Of a stretch of 64,000 bases of DNA, positions 7,331 to 15,946 are shown piece after piece. The stretch is taken from positions 17,584 to 81,583 of the IMG/VR virus record IMGVR_UViG_3300025872_003406, one strand, 5' to 3'. The translations under genes and the position numbers were made by a program. The notes under the pieces are model-generated. The model saw only the letters and a list, made by a program, of their open reading frames with translations, was not told the DNA's origin and did not search any database. This stretch comes from a virus. Position 1 is the stretch's first letter; the number at the start of each line of letters is the position of its first letter.

Positions 7331-8257
7331 ATGTCATTCGCAAATCTAAAGAACAGTCGCTCTCGCGACATCGAGTTCATGAAGCAGCAGGCGCTCAAGG
7401 CCGGCGGCAATACGCCTAACGAGAAGTCCTATGAGGACAATCGTTTCTGGACGGCTGGAGTAGACAAGGCTGGTAACGGTTATGCCGTCTTCCGCTTTCT
7501 GCCTGCCGGTGAGGGAGAAGAACTGCCCTGGGTCCGTTATTGGGACCACGGCTTCAAGGGCCCGACGGGTAAGTGGTACATCGAGAACTCTCTGACCACG
7601 ATCGGTCAGAAGGATCCGGTCTCGGATATGAACTCCAAGCTCTGGAACAGCGGTCTGGAGTCCGACAAGGAGCTGGTGCGTGCACGCAAGCGCCGTCTGC
7701 ACTACGTCTCCAATATCCTGGTCATCTCTGACCCGGCCAATCCTGCCAATGAGGGCAAGGTGTTCCTCTTCAAGTACGGCAAGAAGATCTATGACAAGAT
7801 CCTTGACTTGATGCAGCCTCAGTTCCAGGACGAGAAGCCGGTCAATCCGTTCGACTTCTGGACCGGTGCCGACTTCAAGCTGAAGATCCGTAACGTTGAA
7901 GGCTACCGCAACTACGACAAGTCTGAGTTCTCGACTCCGGCTCCTCTGTTCGGTGGTGATGATGCTAAGCTCGAGGCTGTTTACAAGCAGCTTCACAAGC
8001 TGGCTGACTTCATCGATCCGAAGAACTTCAAGTCCTATGCAGAGCTTGAGAAGCGCCTGAGGGACGTACTCGGTGAGGAAGGTCAGATCCTGACCACCGC
8101 CGAACGTACTCAGCTGGATGAGAAGGTTGCGGCTCCTCGCCGTGCCTCTGCTGAAGCTCCGGCTCCTCGTGAGGTTGCAGCTCCAAAGGCTCCTGCAGCC
8201 GATGAAGAGGAAGAAGAGACGCTCAGCTACTTCGCCAAGTTGGCCAAGGAAGGCTGA
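7331..8257 (+). CDS. gp32: Single-stranded DNA-binding protein gp32
   Basis: DKAGNGYAVFRFLP, HGFKGPTGKWYIENSLTT, GKVFLFKYGKKI, NPFDFWTGADFKLKIR...NYDKSEF motifs, plus an acidic tail ending LSYFAKLA. Confidence 0.97.
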   Translation: MSFANLKNSRSRDIEFMKQQALKAGGNTPNEKSYEDNRFWTAGVDKAGNGYAVFRFLPAGEGEELPWVRYWDHGFKGPTGKWYIENSLTTIGQKDPVSDMNSKLWNSGLESDKELVRARKRRLHYVSNILVISDPANPANEGKVFLFKYGKKIYDKILDLMQPQFQDEKPVNPFDFWTGADFKLKIRNVEGYRNYDKSEFSTPAPLFGGDDAKLEAVYKQLHKLADFIDPKNFKSYAELEKRLRDVLGEEGQILTTAERTQLDEKVAAPRRASAEAPAPREVAAPKAPAADEEEEETLSYFAKLAKEG

Positions 8258-8281
8258 TCTTTCTCTAGTCTATCTCAAAAC

Positions 8282-8312
8282 AAGAGCGGTCGAAAGGCCG
8301 CTCTTTTCTTTT
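8282..8312 (+). terminator. Intrinsic terminator between convergent genes (probably bidirectional)
   Basis: AAGAGCGGTC-GAAA-GGCCGCTCTT followed by TTCTTTT, with an A-run upstream. Confidence 0.85.
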
Positions 8313-10251
8313 ACAGCGACCAGTTCGCCAGAGGAGTGGTCATCCAGCTGGTACGGTCAGGAATGTTGTTGCTGTTGTATGTGACAGACTGGGCAGAGAC
8401 GTTCGTGGTCTTCTTTCCGGAACCGCCTGACATCGATGGGATCATCGCCTTGGCAAGCTCGGCATTATCCTCAAGATCTCTGGTATTTGAGACCAGAGCA
8501 GACATCTCGGAACCAATCGTAGAAGGTACTGCGCCAATCTTCGCCTGTGTCTGGCCTCCGTTAATGTTTTCCTCAAGAGCCTTGTAGAAAGCGTCCTGTG
8601 CACTCTTGAGCAGACCCCAGATTCCAGATTCTTCGCCCTCTGGCTTATTTGGGTCACCTAGTGTTTTTTCGGTAGCCTTATCAGTGACCGTTTGTGCCTG
8701 CTCTGCGATTTTCTTTGCTGCAGTTCTTTCCTGCGATGCAGCCACGATACTTTTTTGAGGGCTAGTAGCAGACTCTGCCTCAGTGATGGTATTTGTACCA
8801 CCTAGGAGTTTCTTGAAGCTGAACTTTCTCAGTTCACCCATGTCAGCACCGAACCATTCTCCGACGTTTGCAATGGCGTTCTTCACGAGATCCATCGGCA
8901 GTGCTAGAAGGTACTTTGCTAGACCTCTGAAGATCTCAACCACTCCTCCCAGAATATCTCCGGACGAGAACTTGTCTGCGATATCGCCCCAAACATCGAC
9001 GAGGGTCTGAAACACCATCTCAAAGGTCTGACGTCCCCAGGCGACCAGACGACTTACGAATTCTTGGATGATATCGGTGAAGCTGAACGAATCGAGGAAC
9101 GACTCGGCCTCGCTAAATCCAAATTTACCGAGTATCCAGGAAACGGCACTCTTCAATAGATCCAGAGGAGCTCCGATGACTCGTCCTAGAAGTTCAGAAA
9201 CTCCAGTCTCGAGGGCGGCTCCGATGTCTCCAGTTTTTCCAAACTTGTCGAATGCGGCCTGAACAGACTTGAATATGTCCCAGACGACTAGAAGTTTTCC
9301 GAAGATCACACCGAATAACTTGCCGATCCCGAAGAACTTCTTGAAGCTACCGAGGAATGGCTCAATGGCCTTCATCAATGTGTTCTTCATGTTGGCAAAG
9401 AACTCACCAACCTTACCGAGAGATCCTCCCTTGGAGAATAGATTGCCGATCTTGCCGAACGTATCACCGATGAAGTCAGTGACGGGCTTGATAAAGTTCT
9501 TGATCTTACCAAATACCTCCTTGAATGGGGCAGCCAGTTTTGTCAGGAACTCACCGTTCAGACCGATCTTAGAAAGAAACTTTCCGACACCCAGGATCTT
9601 CGATAGTGACGAAAGTATGCCGGTGAAGAGCTTGGTGAAATATCCTACGACGCCAGCCACAAATCCTGCCAATAGACCTCCGATGATAGCCAGCGGTCCT
9701 AGCAGTTTGGCCAGAATACCATCTTCTTTCGGTGCAGTTGGAGCTGTCGGCTTACTCTCAGGGCGGGCTCCCAGGCGCGCCAGAAGCTTCATCATCTCCG
9801 AGTCTCTTTCTTGCTGTTGTAGATCCTTCGTTCTCTGCGCAGATGCCTGTCTTCTATCGGATTCAACTAAGTAATTATAGGTAGCCGAAAGATCATTGGC
9901 AATGATCGACAGAGCGTTTCTCATCAGGCCGGAATAGTCTGACAACATCACGACTCCGGCCTCGACCGACTTCATCGTGGTCAGTAACTCCTCAGCTACC
10001 AGAAGTATTCCGTTAAGAGGCTGAAGTAGAACGGACAAATCACTACCACCCTGCACAAGTCCTTGGGCCTGAGCTGTAGCCGGAGCCTCCGAAGCCTCCT
10101 TTAGCGATTCCTTCGAGGCCTCAGAGACTGGTGTCAATAGATCGACAACCTTCAGCGCACTCGTCTGAATCTTGTCGAGTGTCTCATTCTGGACCATCAG
10201 TTCCAGAAGTATGTCGTCGAATGTGCGCTGTTGTTTGTCTTTTTCGTTCAT
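8311..10251 (-). CDS. Probable tail tape-measure / baseplate hub protein (gp29-like)
   Basis: 646 aa, helical, with a hydrophobic Gly-rich segment and F/G/K amphipathic repeats. Lies directly downstream of gp26/gp51. Confidence 0.7.
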   Translation of the reverse strand: MNEKDKQQRTFDDILLELMVQNETLDKIQTSALKVVDLLTPVSEASKESLKEASEAPATAQAQGLVQGGSDLSVLLQPLNGILLVAEELLTTMKSVEAGVVMLSDYSGLMRNALSIIANDLSATYNYLVESDRRQASAQRTKDLQQQERDSEMMKLLARLGARPESKPTAPTAPKEDGILAKLLGPLAIIGGLLAGFVAGVVGYFTKLFTGILSSLSKILGVGKFLSKIGLNGEFLTKLAAPFKEVFGKIKNFIKPVTDFIGDTFGKIGNLFSKGGSLGKVGEFFANMKNTLMKAIEPFLGSFKKFFGIGKLFGVIFGKLLVVWDIFKSVQAAFDKFGKTGDIGAALETGVSELLGRVIGAPLDLLKSAVSWILGKFGFSEAESFLDSFSFTDIIQEFVSRLVAWGRQTFEMVFQTLVDVWGDIADKFSSGDILGGVVEIFRGLAKYLLALPMDLVKNAIANVGEWFGADMGELRKFSFKKLLGGTNTITEAESATSPQKSIVAASQERTAAKKIAEQAQTVTDKATEKTLGDPNKPEGEESGIWGLLKSAQDAFYKALEENINGGQTQAKIGAVPSTIGSEMSALVSNTRDLEDNAELAKAMIPSMSGGSGKKTTNVSAQSVTYNSNNIPDRTSWMTTPLANWSL

Positions 10252-10448
10252 GTCAACTGTTTGTTCTTACGCTTGGCGCGTTCGTTTTCTTCCTTGATGT
10301 GTTCAACCAGCAAGGAAACGTAGATCTCCCTCTCCCACGGAATCATGTTATCCAGCTCGGTCAGACTGTACTTGTGATGCTGCATTAGAGCAAAGTTGGT
10401 CTGGTAGTGGTTGACGAGACTATCATGAGAGAGGCCTACGAGAAAAAA
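10248..10448 (-). CDS. gp51: gp51-like baseplate hub assembly protein, probably made as a -1 frameshift extension of gp26 (in-frame ATG at 10385)
   Basis: YQTNFALMQHHKYSLTELDNMIPWEREIYV is the gp51-like motif of T4-like phages. The motif begins upstream of the first in-frame ATG. Confidence 0.8.
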   Translation of the reverse strand, partial: FFLVGLSHDSLVNHYQTNFALMQHHKYSLTELDNMIPWEREIYVSLLVEHIKEENERAKRKNKQLT

Positions 10449-11146
10449 TTCTGGAGTCCTGTGAGAGTCAGGCTGTTGTCGGCACCACAGTGAGAACACT
10501 TGTACTCGATCTTGTGCTCTAGCTTCGGAGTCGATTCAATGAACTTCCTGATCTTATTGAATTGAGTCTGGTTCAGGGATTCGATGAACTGGTGGAGCTC
10601 CTCGGTGGTATGATCAGAGGCACGGTGCACGACCTTCTCATCGAAGATCGAATCGATACAACCGACGATGACTGACATGACCACCTTGCCGGTGTCTGAC
10701 TTGTCCTGTTCGGCGAGCTCGGAGATGAGGTTGACGTTTGGCCAGTTCATCACGACGCCGATCTTATCTGTCAGCTGGATCTTGGCATCTGGCAGGTTCT
10801 CGGTGTTGACGGAGACTTCTTCCAGATTGATCTCAAGTGGATTCGGCTTCTCGCACTTCTCGCACTTCAATGTCAGCTTCGATACCTCTCCTACCGACTT
10901 GGCGCGTAGTTTCAGGAAGATGTACTCCAGGTCAAACACCGACAGTTTGTCAGGATCGATCTTTCCAAATGTGCAGGACGCGATCGTATCCTTGATGGCC
11001 TGGGTGATCTGTTTCTGATCGTTCGACTCACGAGCGACCATCAGGATCTTCTCTTCCTTGACGAGGTATGGGCGATACTGAATTCGCTTGTTGCTGGACG
11101 GAAGTCTCAGCTCATATTTTGGGGTCTCAATGACTGGTAATGGCAT
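10436..11146 (-). CDS. gp26: Baseplate hub assembly protein gp26
   Basis: MPLPVIETPKYEL, YRPYLVKEEKIL and FDLEYIFLKLRAKSVGE motifs, two CxxC pairs, ending GLQNFF. Confidence 0.9.
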   Translation of the reverse strand: MPLPVIETPKYELRLPSSNKRIQYRPYLVKEEKILMVARESNDQKQITQAIKDTIASCTFGKIDPDKLSVFDLEYIFLKLRAKSVGEVSKLTLKCEKCEKPNPLEINLEEVSVNTENLPDAKIQLTDKIGVVMNWPNVNLISELAEQDKSDTGKVVMSVIVGCIDSIFDEKVVHRASDHTTEELHQFIESLNQTQFNKIRKFIESTPKLEHKIEYKCSHCGADNSLTLTGLQNFFS

Positions 11147-11177
11147 AATGTTATCCTATAGGTTGATTTCGCTTGTC

Positions 11178-11840
11178 TCAAAAGATCTTCTTGATTCCTC
11201 CAATTGCTGTTTTGACCGAGGAGAGCGCCGATGCGACTGCACCCTCTTCCTCGAAGTTCTCATAGGTCATCGTGACCGAGAACTTCTGAATTGAATTCTC
11301 TGCGGTGTTGTCCAGCGGAATCGAAACAAATGTGATCGGATATGCATTCTTCAGCTTGATGCCGTAGACCGGAAGGTTCTCCTTGTTCAGCTGCTGTATG
11401 ACGATGTCGGTGGTGTATTCGTTCTGGTAACGAACACGATATGCATTGGCATCGATGACCAGGTTCGACCATTTGTCGAACATCTTCTTGACGTAGTAGT
11501 CATGGGTCAGCAGGAAAGTAAATGTGACGTCCTCATTCATGAAGCCGTACGGGATCTTGATCGCCTGGCGGTTGCTCTGATAATCCATCGTCATGATCTG
11601 ACGGCCTGGTAGCGAGCACGACTCGCACAGGATTCCGACATCTCGAGGATCATTGATGAGAGAGCTGGCCTTGAAGCTACGAGAGACCAGTGAAACCAGT
11701 ATGTTCTGGATATCGATGTTCAGAAGGCTTGCAGCTGGTGGCTGCATGTAGATCGCAAACCGATTTGTATGGGCCAGGCCACCATGCTTCGTGATGGTGC
11801 CTTTCATGTCGTTGATGCTTTTTCCGATGAGTGTGGCCAT
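11178..11840 (-). CDS. gp54: Baseplate-tail tube junction protein (gp54-like, tube fold)
   Basis: GGLAHTNRF, LCESCSLPG, IKIPY and LKNAYP motifs, with matching synteny. Confidence 0.7.
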   Translation of the reverse strand: MATLIGKSINDMKGTITKHGGLAHTNRFAIYMQPPAASLLNIDIQNILVSLVSRSFKASSLINDPRDVGILCESCSLPGRQIMTMDYQSNRQAIKIPYGFMNEDVTFTFLLTHDYYVKKMFDKWSNLVIDANAYRVRYQNEYTTDIVIQQLNKENLPVYGIKLKNAYPITFVSIPLDNTAENSIQKFSVTMTYENFEEEGAVASALSSVKTAIGGIKKIF

Positions 11841-11846
11841 AATAGT

Positions 11847-12443
11847 TTAGGCTTTCTGATAGATCTTCTTCGATTCGCTCCAGACCTTGGTCTTCTGGGC
11901 ACCGCGGAAGTGTTCCGTCGGAAGGAAGATCGCGATCTCCCAGTCGGGAGCCAGGACCTGTGAAGGACGTGTCTTCATCTGGTCAAATAGGTAGTGCTTC
12001 AGGCAGGGCTGAAAGTAGCGGTGTTTTCTGGCACGTGCGAGCGTCTCGTACCTAAGTCTTAGCTTGGATCTCTCTGTCAGATTATCATCAGTGAACGACT
12101 GCATTAGGCTGTCCAGGAAGATCGCCCTGGTGTTTGGATGCAGGTAATGCAGGTTGAGCCCCAGGAAACCACCGGGAGCCGGAGACAACATGATCACCAG
12201 CGGAAAACGATCGTAGTACGGTAGAGTGTCCTTGTGCAGAGCATCGTACACAAACATGTACATAAATCCCCATCTCGGGATATTCTTCTGCTGAAGAGCT
12301 TCATCCTTCAGGAGTTTATTGCGATTGATTCTCCCGTTGAGCTCTTTGATCTTCTCTGTAAACCATTCTCTGGCTTCCTTGGACCTGCGCTCAAACCCAG
12401 TGCTGGCCAGCTCTGAACTTAGCGTTTTGAATAGTGAAGCCAT
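11847..12443 (-). CDS. gp2: DNA end protector protein gp2
   Basis: MYMFVYDALHKDTLPYYDRFPLV, FLGLNLHYL and WEIAIFLPTEHF motifs. Confidence 0.92.
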   Translation of the reverse strand: MASLFKTLSSELASTGFERRSKEAREWFTEKIKELNGRINRNKLLKDEALQQKNIPRWGFMYMFVYDALHKDTLPYYDRFPLVIMLSPAPGGFLGLNLHYLHPNTRAIFLDSLMQSFTDDNLTERSKLRLRYETLARARKHRYFQPCLKHYLFDQMKTRPSQVLAPDWEIAIFLPTEHFRGAQKTKVWSESKKIYQKA

Positions 12444-12450
12444 AGTTCAC

Positions 12451-12458
12451 TATTTATA
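12451..12458 (-). promoter_or_regulatory. T4-type late promoter TATAAATA
   Basis: TATTTATA on the + strand, 8 nt upstream of the gp2 ATG. Confidence 0.8.
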
Positions 12459-12467
12459 GAGAAATTT

Positions 12468-12908
12468 CTAAAGTATCTTGATGCCCAGTCCACGCAGAGT
12501 CTCTTCAGTCCATACCTCGAACGACCAACCACGATCTGCGGCATATTCCTTGGCCGCTTCCCACTTGCTGATGTTCTTCGCGTAGGTCATGACCTCGGTG
12601 ATGTACTTACGTGTCTTCTTGCCAGGATTCTTTGGAGGCTGAGATTCCTTCTTCGGCTTCACCTCGATCAGTATGACCCTGCCATCCGTGAACTCAGCCT
12701 TGACATCGACGAAGTAGCGATGGATCTTGCCATCCGTCTTACACCGGTATGGCACCACAACCTCCTCCGAGGACCATGATTTGATGTGAGATCCCTCGTC
12801 TAGCCACCGAAAGAGTTGACGCTCCCACAGCGACCGATAGACGATGTTTGTGATATCGCCTCGGTACTTCGAAGGGTTCTGTGGAAGGAATTTACCTCGG
12901 TAACTCAT
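12468..12908 (-). CDS. gp4: Head completion protein gp4 (TnsA-like nuclease fold)
   Basis: YRGKFLPQNPSKYRGD, YRSLWE, WSSEE, HRYFVD, IEVKP and KWEAA motifs. Start taken at ATG 12908. Confidence 0.92.
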   Translation of the reverse strand: MSYRGKFLPQNPSKYRGDITNIVYRSLWERQLFRWLDEGSHIKSWSSEEVVVPYRCKTDGKIHRYFVDVKAEFTDGRVILIEVKPKKESQPPKNPGKKTRKYITEVMTYAKNISKWEAAKEYAADRGWSFEVWTEETLRGLGIKIL

Positions 12909-12933
12909 ATAAATATCCAATCACATATTTATG
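12908..12933. promoter_or_regulatory. Overlapping face-to-face late promoters for gp48 (+) and gp4 (-)
   Basis: TATAAATA at 12908-12915 (+) and CATAAATA at 12933-12926 (-). Confidence 0.7.
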
Positions 12934-13803
12934 TCACTTATCGACACAGCACAAAATATAGCTAGAGTAACGAATTCAGAGACATTGGTGATGCCTCAAT
13001 TTAGAGTGTTCGGTTCGCAATCGAATGCTCTGACCTTCCCAGATACTCTTCGGAAGAACCCTCTACCATTTGTTCTTTTTACTGCTCTCGGTAAGTCTCA
13101 AAGCCCGGCGATTAGTTTACCAATACCTCCAGGATTGACGATCGGCGACGGAATGTCGTACTCATCAATGAACCTAGGTATTATTGGCACTATCATGGCT
13201 GAAACGATGACTCAGATGGGAAAACAAACATCTGTTTCTGGAGTGATTGGAGCCGGAGTGGGAGGGATGGTAGGTTCAGTGATCAATAAAGCGGGTCAGT
13301 TGAATGCCGCAGCGGCCGCATCGATATTGGCCAGAAAATTTGGATTCGAAACCGTTGCCGACACAGTTGACTTCAGTCAACGACAGGTCATCGCTCCAAA
13401 TACGAATACAACTTTTCAGAACTCGAATATCCGATCATACTCTTTTACATTTAAACTCGTTTCTCGATCGAAGAAAGAAGCTGAGACGATCAAGAGGATC
13501 GTAGACATGTTCAGAGAATATATGTACCCAGAGGGTAAAGATGTAGTCCTATCGTATCCTCCGATATGGAACATCTCTTTCTATGATAAAGATGCCGTGG
13601 TTAATCCATATCTTCCTAAGATCTATGATTGCTATCTGACCGGAATGACTGCGACATTCAACGCTTCCACGAATATCTTCCACGAAGATGGAAGCCCGGT
13701 CGAGACCGATGTGGCTTTATCGTTCCAGGAAACTCGTGCCCTGACGAAGAAGGATATTCAAGATTTGGAAAGAGGAGAGACGAGAACAACCGAATCTGTA
13801 TAA
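12931..13803 (+). CDS. gp48: Baseplate tail-tube cap gp48
   Basis: PNTNTTFQNSNIRSYSFTFKL...EA..I..I...FR..MYP and LSFQET motifs. Precedes gp53. Confidence 0.8.
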   Translation: MSLIDTAQNIARVTNSETLVMPQFRVFGSQSNALTFPDTLRKNPLPFVLFTALGKSQSPAISLPIPPGLTIGDGMSYSSMNLGIIGTIMAETMTQMGKQTSVSGVIGAGVGGMVGSVINKAGQLNAAAAASILARKFGFETVADTVDFSQRQVIAPNTNTTFQNSNIRSYSFTFKLVSRSKKEAETIKRIVDMFREYMYPEGKDVVLSYPPIWNISFYDKDAVVNPYLPKIYDCYLTGMTATFNASTNIFHEDGSPVETDVALSFQETRALTKKDIQDLERGETRTTESV

Positions 13804-13806
13804 TCC

Positions 13807-14613
13807 ATGGCATTCTTTCGACAATTTCCAAAGACCGGGTATGACTTCGAGTCTAACGGTGTCATCACGAAGATCATCGACATCTTTCGTACGGTTAGAG
13901 CCGATTCAGTATTCCTGGATGACATGTCCACGTACCAGTATTTTCAGGTACGAAATGGTGAAAGACCTGATGTCATATCAAACATTCTCTATGGAACTCC
14001 AGAATACTACTGGACGTTTTTCGTTATCAATGAACACCTAAAGACGGGACTCTCTGGATGGCCAATGGGTACGGCGGAGTTTGAGGATTACATCCGTCTA
14101 GAGTATTCTGGAACTGTGATCGACACTGAGCCAGTCGTGGTCAAAACTCCCGATGGAACAGTAGCGAGATATGACAACTCATTGGCTGGAAGATTTACGA
14201 TCGGAGAGACGATCACTGGAGCAACATCGCTTGCGACGGGAATATTGAAGGAAAAGAACGTCCCGATGAGTCAGCTGATACTGGGATCAGTATCTGGTAA
14301 CTTCAGAGAACCAGAAAGCATCACGGGTGCTACCAGCGGTAGTTCGGTCGTTACGAGTCAGGTATACCTGCATCGCGATGCCCCTCACCACTACGAAGAT
14401 CCGAATGGGCTGGAAATGTACAACTCTCGATTTATCGATGAGGATCTGACCATTGCTGGAGTCCAGCCAAATGCTGCCGACTTTAGTCTCACGCCAGTAT
14501 CCTATTACGAGTACGAACTACAATTGAATGAAGAGCGCGGAAACATCCGAATCGTGAGACCGAATATGATCTACCAGTTCGCTCAGGTGTTCGGAAAACT
14601 CATCAATGAGTAG
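13807..14613 (+). CDS. gp53: Baseplate wedge protein gp53
   Basis: FFRQFP, GERPDVIS..LYG..YYW, WPM and YEYELQLNEE motifs. Confidence 0.88.
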   Translation: MAFFRQFPKTGYDFESNGVITKIIDIFRTVRADSVFLDDMSTYQYFQVRNGERPDVISNILYGTPEYYWTFFVINEHLKTGLSGWPMGTAEFEDYIRLEYSGTVIDTEPVVVKTPDGTVARYDNSLAGRFTIGETITGATSLATGILKEKNVPMSQLILGSVSGNFREPESITGATSGSSVVTSQVYLHRDAPHHYEDPNGLEMYNSRFIDEDLTIAGVQPNAADFSLTPVSYYEYELQLNEERGNIRIVRPNMIYQFAQVFGKLINE

Positions 14614-15946
14614 ACAAAACAACGTTGATCTTAATTCATCTAAGATCTTTGTACCATCGGCGTACAGAGCCTCGGAGATCGTAATCAGAAATCATGCAGG
14701 TAAGGAATACGACATCAAGAGAATTGTAGCCGATTTTACCATCACTGAGAGCATATATCGATCGACTCTCACCCTGAATATCGGAATCCGTGATGATGGA
14801 AATTTCATGGAGCAGGCTGCTCTTACCGGGCACGAATGGATCTATGTTGTACTCGACCGAACTTTACCGAATGGAACATCTCAGAACATCAGTCTATGGT
14901 TCCGAGTGACAGAATATCCGGTATTTGCCAAATACAATAACAATGTCCAGGTGTATCGCATCGGAGGAATATCCGATCATGCGTTCGTCTCAAAGTTCAA
15001 GAAGATCTCCCGGGCATTCAACGGTAAAATATCGGATTTTATTCATAACGTTTTCCGTAATGATCTTGGCTACGATAATCTAGAATTCGGATCAGATACC
15101 ACCGGCACGGCGGCATTCATTGTTCCGAACATGGAGCCGATCGATGCTATGCATTGGGCACTCCGTAGAGCCTTTACTCAGGAAGGAAGTCCGTTCTATC
15201 TTTACCAGACACTCGATGGGAAGATACACCTCAAATCTCAGGCGGATATCATCAGACAAGATCCGTACAAAGAATACCGAGACGCAAAGTTTTTTCAATA
15301 CGATATTAATCGCGACCCAGAGGAGGCATACGAAGAAAGGGCGCTACGCATTCTGAGCATCAATTCTGATCTTAGTCTCTCGAAGCCGGCTCAGGGAATG
15401 AACGGAGCTTTTGCCTCCCGCAGCGAATACATCGATATTGCCACGAAAACCGCCTCAGCATTCAAATTTGATTACCTCGAAAACGTCTCAAGGTTTCCTA
15501 CAATAGAGGCATATCCGTTCGTTGCGCCTAATTTCGAGATCGACAATCAGAAATACATCAATTCCTACGATAGGACCAAGATTAACTACATACCTATCAA
15601 TTCCGCTGCATTCTCAAATGTCGGAAACTATCACGCCCCGACATCCAGAGGCATCATAAACTATGCTCAGTCTCAGCTGGAGACACTAGATACACAGCAG
15701 CATACTATCGTTTTGAATGGAGATCTAGAGCTTAACTGTGGAAAGGTTGTTTCTTTACGAATCCCTCCGGCAGTAGATCCGAAACCAGCGAAGAAAAATT
15801 CACATTCCTCCGATAACAATCAGGTTGATGATTATCTTTCCGGAAACTATGTGGCGGCATCGGTCGTCCATAATTTTGCTGAGGAATACTTTATCGACAT
15901 GAAGGTGAAACGAGATACATCACCAGTGACACCATTTGCATCATGA
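14606..15946 (+). CDS. Baseplate hub protein (gp27-like)
   Basis: 446 aa between gp53 and gp5. ITESIY at the N-terminus, PFYLYQT centrally and LSGNY...VVHNF at the C-terminus. Confidence 0.65.
   Translation: MSRQNNVDLNSSKIFVPSAYRASEIVIRNHAGKEYDIKRIVADFTITESIYRSTLTLNIGIRDDGNFMEQAALTGHEWIYVVLDRTLPNGTSQNISLWFRVTEYPVFAKYNNNVQVYRIGGISDHAFVSKFKKISRAFNGKISDFIHNVFRNDLGYDNLEFGSDTTGTAAFIVPNMEPIDAMHWALRRAFTQEGSPFYLYQTLDGKIHLKSQADIIRQDPYKEYRDAKFFQYDINRDPEEAYEERALRILSINSDLSLSKPAQGMNGAFASRSEYIDIATKTASAFKFDYLENVSRFPTIEAYPFVAPNFEIDNQKYINSYDRTKINYIPINSAAFSNVGNYHAPTSRGIINYAQSQLETLDTQQHTIVLNGDLELNCGKVVSLRIPPAVDPKPAKKNSHSSDNNQVDDYLSGNYVAASVVHNFAEEYFIDMKVKRDTSPVTPFAS

Noticed and set aside
7346-7996. 216-aa minus-strand ORF
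   Set aside because: It is an antisense shadow of gp32.
12468-12908. TnsA-like nuclease suggesting a Tn7-type transposon
   Set aside because: Sequence and position next to gp2 identify it as head completion protein gp4, and no other transposition genes are present.
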